Shown piece by piece: positions 39,250-46,927 of a DNA stretch of 64,000 nt (its first letter is position 1; every line of letters starts with the position of its first letter). The notes beneath the pieces are model-generated. The model saw only the letters and a list, made by a program, of their open reading frames with translations. It did no database searches and had not been told where the DNA came from. The position numbers were made by a program, and so were the translations under genes. The DNA comes from Terriglobia bacterium (GTDB lineage Bacteria; Acidobacteriota; Terriglobia; 20CM-2-55-15), in assembly GCA_965198225.1 (NCBI GenBank), contig CBDAOY010000008.1, positions 704,001 to 768,000 of the forward strand, written 5' to 3'.

Positions 39250-40695
39250 CTATGCCTCTTCGGGCTGGTGCAATTCTGTGATCTCCTCGATCATCGCCCT
39301 CGATTCGCTCGCGGCGAATGTCCCCCCTATCCACATGAGGAGCGCGCTGGTCGGGATCGCGAACAGAATCGCCGAGCCGGGCGGGAACACGGCCGGCGAG
39401 AACTGGACGATGACGTAGGTGGCAGCGCCTCCCAGCAGGGCCCCGATTCCGCCGGCAAGGTTCGCCTTCTTCCACCATATACCGGCAATCACCGGTACGA
39501 ACAGGCCGGCGCTGAGGAGGCCGATTGCGATCGTGTAGAACTCCGTGATCAGGGCTGGAGGATTGTACGCCAAAGACATCGCCGTCAGCCCCACGACCCA
39601 CGCGACGCCGACGGTAATCCAGTGGCCGGTCTTGTGGCTGACTTTTTTCTCGAGAAAGTTGCCGAGCAGGTCATGGGCAATCGCTGAGCTGCAGGCCAGC
39701 AGGAGCGCATCGGTCGTCGACATGACCGCTGCCAGAACCGCCGCTACCGCTATTCCCCGGAAGACAGGGCTGAATTCGGCTTCCATGACGCGGAGGAACA
39801 CCGTGTCCGCATCCTCGAGGTCCGGGAAGTTCATCTTGCCGACGGGCGTGACAGCTAGGACGGCGGCCAGGATCAGAATTGCGTAAAAAACCATCGAGAG
39901 GTTCAGGGACAGTTTGGCGCCACGGGAATCTCTCGCCGTGAAGACACGCATCACGATATGAGGGATGACCGAAATAGCCGACGCCCAGATCACGAACGAT
40001 CCCAGGTAGCTCGTGATCGGTTGGTCCGCTCCCATACGGCCCAACTCCGGCGCCGCCGCGGTCGCCTGGTCCATAATCGTCAGCGGGGAGCCGATGCGGA
40101 AAACCAGCAGGACCGCTGCGCCGACGACGACGAACAACATCAGCGTGCCCTGAAAAACGTCCGTCCATGTAATCGCAAGCATTCCGCCCAGCGAAACATA
40201 TGTGATGAACACCAGCGTGGCCAGAGTCAGCGCCGTGTTGTAGGGAATACCCAGGAGGGCGTTCGCGGTGATTCCGGCGGCCTTCATCTGGGCGATGATG
40301 TAGACGGTAAAGGTTACGACGATCAGGATCGGGACCAGGTAACGGACGATGGCGTGTGGGTATCGGTAGACCATGAAATCGGTGATGGTGAACTTACCGA
40401 ACTTCCGCAAAGGCGCAGCAACCAGGATCGCGGCTATCGGAAAGCCGATACTCGCACCGGTAAAGAGTGCCAGGGTTGCGGGGATACCCGAGGCGTAAGC
40501 CAATCCCATCACCCCGATTATCGAGCCGCCGCTCGCCAGCGCCGCCATGATTGCCATGCTGTTGACGACGGGTCCGATCTTCCGTCCGGCCACCCAGTAC
40601 TCGTCGCTCGATCGACTCACTTTGCGCGATGCGATCAGCCCGACGGCGATACATCCGGCCAGATACAGGACTGTCAGGACTTGCTCGACGATCAT
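39250..40695 (-). CDS. sodium:solute symporter (SSS) family
   Basis: About 13 TM segments, YWVAGR, GGMLAITWTDVFQG, PHIVMR, AAVMST.D. Confidence 0.93.
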   Translation of the reverse strand: MIVEQVLTVLYLAGCIAVGLIASRKVSRSSDEYWVAGRKIGPVVNSMAIMAALASGGSIIGVMGLAYASGIPATLALFTGASIGFPIAAILVAAPLRKFGKFTITDFMVYRYPHAIVRYLVPILIVVTFTVYIIAQMKAAGITANALLGIPYNTALTLATLVFITYVSLGGMLAITWTDVFQGTLMLFVVVGAAVLLVFRIGSPLTIMDQATAAAPELGRMGADQPITSYLGSFVIWASAISVIPHIVMRVFTARDSRGAKLSLNLSMVFYAILILAAVLAVTPVGKMNFPDLEDADTVFLRVMEAEFSPVFRGIAVAAVLAAVMSTTDALLLACSSAIAHDLLGNFLEKKVSHKTGHWITVGVAWVVGLTAMSLAYNPPALITEFYTIAIGLLSAGLFVPVIAGIWWKKANLAGGIGALLGGAATYVIVQFSPAVFPPGSAILFAIPTSALLMWIGGTFAASESRAMIEEITELHQPEEA

Positions 40696-40916
40696 CGATC
40701 TCCTCCCCCTGGACTGCGCTTTTTCTCGGAGCGTACGAAACGAATCAGTGCGCTGCTGGGGACGTACACCATCAGGAACACCATCCACCAGCCGAGCATC
40801 GACAGGCCGGCGACCTCCATGCCGCGCCAGAACGGCAGAAACGCCACTGCCGAGAAACCGATCAGTACGATCAGGTACCACCGGTCACCGGATGGCATAC
40901 TGATGAAATTGGACAT
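40692..40916 (-). CDS. small 2-TM partner protein of the SSS transporter
   Basis: AGGAGG RBS; ATGA overlap with the symporter start. Confidence 0.8.
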   Translation of the reverse strand: MSNFISMPSGDRWYLIVLIGFSAVAFLPFWRGMEVAGLSMLGWWMVFLMVYVPSSALIRFVRSEKKRSPGGGDR

Positions 40917-41242
40917 GAATCCTCCTCGCTGGTCACTCGCCGAACCCGGCGGCGTCGTTAATATAGTGGATAAACGGATCACCCGCAATCTGCACGGGAG
41001 GCACACGATCGAAATTCGCTATCGGGCGGTTCGATCCGGTTTGAGGTCGTTCAGGCGCCGTCCAAAAGCGTTGATCTTGTGCTGGAAAACCATTATTTTG
41101 TTGATCTCCGACTGCCGGTCGAATCCGCACCCTGGACCGACCGGTGTTCCTGTCACAGCCTGCGTGTGTAAGTTTTGGGAAGAACGTGTGGTCGGCCGGC
41201 GCCCCAGCCGGTCGACAGCCTGATGAGCGGTATAGGAGGACT

Positions 41243-41605
41243 ATGAGTCTGTCAATGAAGACCCGGAAAATAGAGGATATTGTCGCGTTGGATCTGGCCG
41301 GACGCCTGACGCTGGGTGAACCGACGTTGCTGCTTCGTGAGACGGTCCGACGCTACTCGACCGATGGATCCAGAAAATTCATCGTCAATCTTGGCGACGT
41401 GTCCTACATCGATAGTGCCGGCCTGGGCGAGCTGATCGCAACCTACACTACGATTCGCAACAAGAGTGGTGACGTGAAGCTCCTCAACCTGACATCGAAA
41501 GCGAAAGATCTGCTCCAGATGACAAAGCTGCTGACGGTTTTCGACACATATGACGACGAAGAAAAGGCTGTCGAGGCCTTGAAGGGCGGAGCGGCCGGTG
41601 CGTAG
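41243..41605 (+). CDS. STAS anti-sigma factor antagonist
   Basis: NLGDVSYIDSAGLGEL, LLQMTKL. Confidence 0.93.
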   Translation: MSLSMKTRKIEDIVALDLAGRLTLGEPTLLLRETVRRYSTDGSRKFIVNLGDVSYIDSAGLGELIATYTTIRNKSGDVKLLNLTSKAKDLLQMTKLLTVFDTYDDEEKAVEALKGGAAGA

Positions 41606-41684
41606 ATAGCTACCGGTTTCCGATGCAGGAGGGAAACCGCCGCGGTCCTTGTGTTTCGAAGCTTGCCGTCCAGAAGAAACGCCG

Positions 41685-43364
41685 ATGACGAAGCCAATGC
41701 CGGATGCGATTCTCGAGGTTGTGGAAGAGGTTGGCACGACCCGGACCGTCCACATCACCGAGACCCCGTTCCGGATCGGTCGGAGCGGGGGAGGAAAGAA
41801 TCACCTGGCGCTGGAGGACGGGCGGATATCCCGTCAGTCTGCGGCGATCCGGTTCGAGGATGGACAGTTCTACCTCGAAGACCTGGGTCAGCGCCGTGGT
41901 CTGTTCCTGAACGGTGGGAAGGTCAACGAACCCCTGCCGCTCCGCGAAGGGGACGTTGTGACGTTCGGCAACGCGGAGAGCATCAATCTGATCTTTCGAA
42001 GCGGCCCGACGAAGGAGTCCCTGACCAACCTTTTGTCGCGTCTCGATCAAACGTCGGTCACCGAGGAAACCGGCGATCGGGATCTGAGGCAGCTCAGCCT
42101 GCTTCTCGAAGCCACCGCCCTGCTCCAGGCACACATGCCTTTCCAGGAAGTTCTCGGGGCCATGGTCGATCGGGCCATCACTGTGACCGCGGCGGATCGC
42201 GGGGTGTTGATCGAGGCTGATTCGGAGCGCGAATTGCGGCCGTTGGTGGCACGCCGCCGGGGTGGATTCAACCTGCCGGTCAACAGTGTCGAAGCCAGCA
42301 AGACCGCGATCGATCACGCGCTTGCCGAACATCGTGGCTTTATCGAGCAGGACGTCGACCTGGCCGACGAGTCGGTGCGACAGGCCGAGAGCATCGTCAA
42401 CCAGCAACTGCGCTCGGTCATCGCCATACCGCTGTACTCCATGGCACGGGTTCATTCGCTCGACTCGACGAGCTTGTCGTCTGGAGGAAACCTGCTGGGC
42501 GTTCTCTATCTCGACAGTCGCCGTCCGGCAGCGTTTTCCGGATTGGACAAGCAGATCCTGGACGCGCTGGCGATCGAGGCCGCCAGCGTCATCGACAATG
42601 CGCGGATGGTCGAGATCGAGCGAGAGCGCCGCCAGATGGAACAGGATCTGTCCATCGCCAGGGACATCCAGCAGAGGCTCCTTCCGAAGGAGATCAAACC
42701 GTATCCGTTCTTCGAGGTCACCGGCGTCGACGATTCCTGCTATTCGGTCGGCGGAGATTATTACGACCTCGTTGACCTGGGACCGGAACGCACGGCGTTC
42801 GTTATCGCGGACGTGGCCGGAAAGGGCCTGGCTGCAGCTCTGTTGACAGCGATGATCCAGGGCGGTTTCGCGGGCATGAGCTTGACGCAGGATCCGACGC
42901 GCTTGATCACCCACTTCAACCGGTACATCTGGGCGCGTTCGGAACCCAATCGGTACGCAACGGTCTTTATGGGGTTGCTCGACGAGCAGGGCCGGTTTGA
43001 CTTCATCAACGCCGGCCATCACTCGGCCCTGCTCGTGCGCAACGGCGATGTCGACGAGCCGTTCCAGCCCGATAGTTTTCCGGTCGGTATGTTCCCAGAC
43101 GCCGAGTTTGCAACCAGAACCTCCCAGCTGGAGCCGGGCGACACGCTCGTGATGTTCACGGACGGCATCAACGAAGCCGTCGACGCAAAAGGGGAAGAGT
43201 TCGGAACGGAGCGGTTGCGCGAGGTCGTGCATTCCAACGCCGAGTCATCGGTTCAAGAGATTCAGCAGTCGATCCTGAAGGCCGTTTCGGAGTTCGTTCA
43301 CGGCGCGGACCAAGCCGACGATATGACGTTGCTGATACTACGTTATACGGGAACAGTGAATTAG
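41685..43364 (+). CDS. FHA-GAF-SpoIIE(PP2C) phosphatase, RsbU-like
   Basis: IGRS..ISRQ (FHA), GVLYLDS (GAF), ARDIQ, VGGDYYD, IADVAGKG, FTDGINEA, DDMT. Confidence 0.93.
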   Translation: MTKPMPDAILEVVEEVGTTRTVHITETPFRIGRSGGGKNHLALEDGRISRQSAAIRFEDGQFYLEDLGQRRGLFLNGGKVNEPLPLREGDVVTFGNAESINLIFRSGPTKESLTNLLSRLDQTSVTEETGDRDLRQLSLLLEATALLQAHMPFQEVLGAMVDRAITVTAADRGVLIEADSERELRPLVARRRGGFNLPVNSVEASKTAIDHALAEHRGFIEQDVDLADESVRQAESIVNQQLRSVIAIPLYSMARVHSLDSTSLSSGGNLLGVLYLDSRRPAAFSGLDKQILDALAIEAASVIDNARMVEIERERRQMEQDLSIARDIQQRLLPKEIKPYPFFEVTGVDDSCYSVGGDYYDLVDLGPERTAFVIADVAGKGLAAALLTAMIQGGFAGMSLTQDPTRLITHFNRYIWARSEPNRYATVFMGLLDEQGRFDFINAGHHSALLVRNGDVDEPFQPDSFPVGMFPDAEFATRTSQLEPGDTLVMFTDGINEAVDAKGEEFGTERLREVVHSNAESSVQEIQQSILKAVSEFVHGADQADDMTLLILRYTGTVN

Positions 43365-43367
43365 CAG

Positions 43368-43491
43368 GTGTAGGTGCGGTATATGACCGCACATTCTTCG
43401 AACCGAAACGCCGTGCGCTCATAGAGCGCACCTACACTTGATCTAGGGTTTCGCCCTACGGCTCGCTGTGCGGTCATAGACCGCACCTACA
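43368..43491. repeat. GTAG-type REP/REPIN cluster
   Basis: Three REP units between convergent genes. Confidence 0.85.
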
Positions 43492-43492
43492 G

Positions 43493-44305
43493 TTACCGGA
43501 ATAAGAACTCCTTCAGTTCGCCCAGCTTTTCCAGTCCCAGCCCCATGATCGCTCCTTCGTGGACTTCGCCGTCAACTGCGAAGAAAAGTTTAGGCTCGTT
43601 CGCCGCATCGAACAGTTCGGCGCCGAGGTCGAACGGGAGGACGGGGTCGTCCTGGGCATGGATGATGGCGATCGGGAAGCGGATGCGGCCGATCTTTCCG
43701 ATCGAATCGTAGCGTGTGCGCAGAATCCAACCCATTGGGAGCCCGAAGATCCGCCGGGCAACTCCGGCAACGCTCGTAAGTGGAGCCTCGAGGATCAATC
43801 CGCCGACCCGTTCCTCGCTTGCGAGATCCACACTGACCGCCGTGCCCAGCGACTGGCCCATGAGATAGATCTTTTCTGGGGCGTAACCTCGCGACCGCGC
43901 ATAGTCGTAGGCTCCCCGGATGTCGGAGTACGTTCCTTCTTCCGACGGACTCCCGTCGCTGTTACCGTAGCCGCGGTAGTCGTAAGCAAAGACATCAATC
44001 TCGAGTTCCTGCCTGAGGAAGTCCGCCATCTCGCGCCTGTGGCCGATGTTGCCGCCGTTCCCGTGGCTGACGATCAGCACTCGCCCGGCGCCATGCGGGA
44101 GGAACCATCCGTGCAGGCGCGTTCCGTCGCGAGCCTCGAAATACACGTCGTCGTGGGGGGATGACGGGCTCCCGATGACGCCGCCCGTCGGGTAGTAAAT
44201 CAGTCGATGTTCAAACAGCAGCATGTAAGCAACCAGCACGACGGAAGTGATGACGACGATACGCACCAGGGGCAAAAGTGACCGGGCGTGGCGAAAAGGG
44301 GGCAT
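43493..44305 (-). CDS. alpha/beta hydrolase (ABHD17/YfhR-like)
   Basis: LHGWF, HGNGGN, DYRGYG.S.G.PSEEG, GQSLG, D..LP; real start near 44305, not 45691. Confidence 0.9.
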   Translation of the reverse strand: MPPFRHARSLLPLVRIVVITSVVLVAYMLLFEHRLIYYPTGGVIGSPSSPHDDVYFEARDGTRLHGWFLPHGAGRVLIVSHGNGGNIGHRREMADFLRQELEIDVFAYDYRGYGNSDGSPSEEGTYSDIRGAYDYARSRGYAPEKIYLMGQSLGTAVSVDLASEERVGGLILEAPLTSVAGVARRIFGLPMGWILRTRYDSIGKIGRIRFPIAIIHAQDDPVLPFDLGAELFDAANEPKLFFAVDGEVHEGAIMGLGLEKLGELKEFLFR

Positions 44306-44428
44306 TTCTGGCGAGTCTCTCTCAGGCGTGGTCCGAGCGCAAGCGCCGATGCCCAAAACTCGGTCTTTCAGACAGCCGGGACTTGTGCTGAAATATGCCG
44401 GTCGAAGCAATCCGGAGGAGTGTTTCTT

Positions 44429-45379
44429 ATGCAGCGATTCTCGGTTTATCTGACCCTCTTTCTGCTTCTGTGCGTTGGAGGCACGGCCGTCGCCCAGGAT
44501 GTGATCCGCACCTCGAACCCCGGCGACCGGGGTCTGGGCGAAGACGACTTCCCGAGAGTCAAGAGGATCGCTCGGAATGTCTATACCTACGAAGCGCTGA
44601 CAGGACCGGCCGACGACCGCTACACCACGAACACGATGTTTGTCGTCAGCGACGAGGGTGTCCTGGTTGCCGATGGCCAGGGAAACCCTGCCGAGACGGC
44701 GCGGCTCGTGGAAGAGATCGGCAAGATCAGTGACGCGCCGATCACGCAGGTCGTGATCTGTTCCGATCATGGGGATCATACGAACGGCAACGTGTCGTTT
44801 CCTCGGACGGCCGACTTCATCGCTCATCCAGACTCGAAGGCGAATCTGGAGCGCGCGGCGAGCAATCCCGCCCGGAGGCCCGATGCACCTGAGGTCGTGA
44901 TGCCGACGACACTGGCCCAGGACCGTCTGGTCGTGGAACTCGGGAGTACGGAAATCCAGATTCTGTTCCTTGGTCGGGCACATACCGGCGGAGATCTGTT
45001 CGTCTACCTGCCGGAGGAAAAGATCCTGTTCACGACCGAGGTCTTCCTGAACCGGCTCTTTTCGGGTTATCGCAGCTCCTACCCGAGCGAGTGGCTGGAG
45101 GTTATGACCAAAGCGGAAGAGCTCGACGTCGATGTCTACCTTCCAGGCCACGGTTTCATCGATGATCCTGAGGTTCTCGAGGAAGAATGGTTCGCGTACA
45201 AGCGCCACATGGAGGTCGTACTTGCAGAAGTCCAGCGCCTGCACGCGGCGGGACTCTCCGTTGAGGACGCGATCGATCAGGCGGATTTCGGCGAGTACTC
45301 CACGTGGTCCGGAGCCGAATCGCAGGGGCCCATCGGGATCCGGCGGATCTACGCGGAGCTGAACGGAGAGTTGAACTAG
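44429..45379 (+). CDS. exported MBL-fold metallo-hydrolase
   Basis: GGAGGAG RBS, signal peptide, SDHGDHTNGN, AHTGGD, PGHG. Confidence 0.88.
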   Translation: MQRFSVYLTLFLLLCVGGTAVAQDVIRTSNPGDRGLGEDDFPRVKRIARNVYTYEALTGPADDRYTTNTMFVVSDEGVLVADGQGNPAETARLVEEIGKISDAPITQVVICSDHGDHTNGNVSFPRTADFIAHPDSKANLERAASNPARRPDAPEVVMPTTLAQDRLVVELGSTEIQILFLGRAHTGGDLFVYLPEEKILFTTEVFLNRLFSGYRSSYPSEWLEVMTKAEELDVDVYLPGHGFIDDPEVLEEEWFAYKRHMEVVLAEVQRLHAAGLSVEDAIDQADFGEYSTWSGAESQGPIGIRRIYAELNGELN

Positions 45380-45450
45380 TGGCCTGTAACAGTGCGATCG
45401 GTACCTGCGTTCGGCGGAACGGCGTCGGATTCTAGGAGTGACGCTCGAGC
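45376..45450 (+). mobile_element. left-end fragment of MITE family B
   Basis: 75 bp matching 15273-15347 with 4 mismatches. Confidence 0.85.
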
Positions 45451-45490
45451 TGAAGGCTGATTGCTCTGCGATACTTGAAGAATTAGTGGG

Positions 45491-45519
45491 TTGACACACT
45501 TCAGGCGGGAGTTCAAACT
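45491..45519 (+). promoter_or_regulatory. sigma70 promoter of the phhA leader
   Basis: TTGACA-N17-CAAACT. Confidence 0.65.
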
Positions 45520-45529
45520 TGTTGTTGCG

Positions 45530-45664
45530 ATGAACCTCGAGAGCACAAATCGAATTGGACAAACCGACGACGCGGCCACTGCCGCAGCCCAGCGGCGTGC
45601 TCTGTCTGCCGGCTACTACTTTTATTACTCTTACGCGTACTCGCGGAGGTGGATAGCCGGGTAA
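45530..45664 (+). CDS. Tyr-rich attenuator leader peptide (44 aa)
   Basis: MNLESTNRIGQTDDAATAAAQRRALSAGYYFYYSYAYSRRWIAG; 6 Tyr + 1 Phe in 9 codons. Confidence 0.8.
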   Translation: MNLESTNRIGQTDDAATAAAQRRALSAGYYFYYSYAYSRRWIAG

Positions 45665-45689
45665 GCTGATCGAAACAGCAAAGGATTTC

Positions 45690-45732
45690 AAAGCCCGCTT
45701 CCACCGACGGTGGAGGCGGGCTTTTTCTTTTT
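45690..45732 (+). terminator. attenuator terminator upstream of phhA
   Basis: AAAGCCCGCTTCCACC-GAC-GGTGGAGGCGGGCTTT-TTCTTTTT. Confidence 0.88.
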
Positions 45733-45749
45733 GGAAGGAGGAAACTCAG

Positions 45750-45920
45750 ATGATTCACGATCCATTCGATGATCCGGGCCTGGAGGTGGCCTGGGAACCT
45801 GCACCAGATGACGAGCCACCGGCTCGCCTGTTGCGGTTTCCCGGGGTCACAGTCGCTTCCGAGTTCGACGAGCGTGTGTTGAACGACCCCAAGGAGGTCC
45901 TCGATGGAAGTCGCGCTTAA
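45750..45920 (+). CDS. small acidic protein (56 aa) overlapping the phhA start
   Basis: AAGGAGG RBS; MIHDPFDDPGLEVAWEPAPDDEPPARLLRFPGVTVASEFDERVLNDPKEVLDGSRA. Confidence 0.55.
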   Translation: MIHDPFDDPGLEVAWEPAPDDEPPARLLRFPGVTVASEFDERVLNDPKEVLDGSRA

Positions 45921-46767
45921 GAGCATCGCTTTCCTGGACCTTGACCACCCCGGCGCCAGGGATCCGGTATACCGCCTCCGCAGGGATTCCATCGCGCAAC
46001 TGACTCGGGAGTCGAGAGAGAAGGGAGAGCCGCCGCCGGTTCTCGAATACACCGAAGAAGAGCATGGCGTCTGGAGGATCATTTGCACCAGGCTGGGTCC
46101 GCTGCACGAACAGCATGCGAACAGGCGCTATCTGGAGGCGAAGAAGGCGCTTCGAATACCCGAGGATCACATTCCGCAGCTTCGGGAGTTGAGCGATCGA
46201 CTTGCCAGCTACCATGGTTTTCGGCTCGGGGCGGTCGAGGGGCTCGTCGATTCCCGGAGCTTCCTGAGCCAGTTTGCGCAGAAGTCGATGTGGTGCACTC
46301 AGTACATCCGTCACGCCTCCAGGCCCGAATACACACCGGAGCCCGACATCATCCATGAGGTCATCGGACATGTACCCGCGTTCACGGACAAGGACCTGTG
46401 TGACCTTTCGGTTTTGATCGGCCGGGCGGCGAGGGTTGCGAATGAAGAACAGCTCGAGCAGTTGGAGCGGATCTACTGGTTCACGATCGAGTTCGGGCTG
46501 ATCGAAGAGGCCGGACAGGTGAACGCCTACGGTGCGGGCCTCCTGGGTTCATTCGGCGAACTGCAACACGTGTATTCGGGAGAAGTCGAGAGGAAACCTT
46601 TTGTTCTGGATGAAGTCGTCAACGCGACCTACAACCACACCGAGATGCAGTCCAGGCTGTACGTCGTCCCGTCGTTTGCATTCTTGAGGGAACAGATCGA
46701 GCTCTACCTCCGGAAGTACGGGTTGGAGCATGCGCTGGAGAAGGAAGAAGTGACGAGCGAGCAGTGA
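45904..46767 (+). CDS. phhA: phenylalanine 4-monooxygenase (pterin-dependent aromatic amino acid hydroxylase)
   Basis: DHPG.RDPVYR.RR, CTQYIRH, YTPEPDIIHEVIGHVP, YWFTIEFGL, AYGAGLL.S.GEL. Confidence 0.93.
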   Translation: MEVALKSIAFLDLDHPGARDPVYRLRRDSIAQLTRESREKGEPPPVLEYTEEEHGVWRIICTRLGPLHEQHANRRYLEAKKALRIPEDHIPQLRELSDRLASYHGFRLGAVEGLVDSRSFLSQFAQKSMWCTQYIRHASRPEYTPEPDIIHEVIGHVPAFTDKDLCDLSVLIGRAARVANEEQLEQLERIYWFTIEFGLIEEAGQVNAYGAGLLGSFGELQHVYSGEVERKPFVLDEVVNATYNHTEMQSRLYVVPSFAFLREQIELYLRKYGLEHALEKEEVTSEQ

Positions 46768-46927
46768 GAAGAAGAAGTGGCGAGTGACAAGTGACGAGCA
46801 AGAAAGGACATAGAATGGGGACAGTCTCAACTGTCCCCATTCTATCGTACGTGTTTTGTTGCGTTTAAGGGACCCCTCGCACGCACCCGGTCCCCGCGGC
46901 GCAGCCGCCAACGGCCTACGACCTCCC

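Noticed and set aside
41610-43232. Long antisense ORFs (also 19991-21403, 39958-41223, 51140-52207, 57874-58908)
   Set aside because: They lie opposite well-supported genes and have no motifs; this is expected from high-GC codon bias
45597-45656. Thr-rich or Leu-rich leader in the other two frames
   Set aside because: The Thr-rich frame has only an SD-less GTG about 70 nt past the promoter. The Tyr frame starts at the promoter-proximal ATG, ends just after the antiterminator arm and matches the product of the downstream enzyme.
44306-45691. 732-aa minus-strand ORF read as one long protein
   Set aside because: Only the last ~270 codons are an alpha/beta hydrolase; the rest is the antisense shadow of the MBL gene and the attenuator
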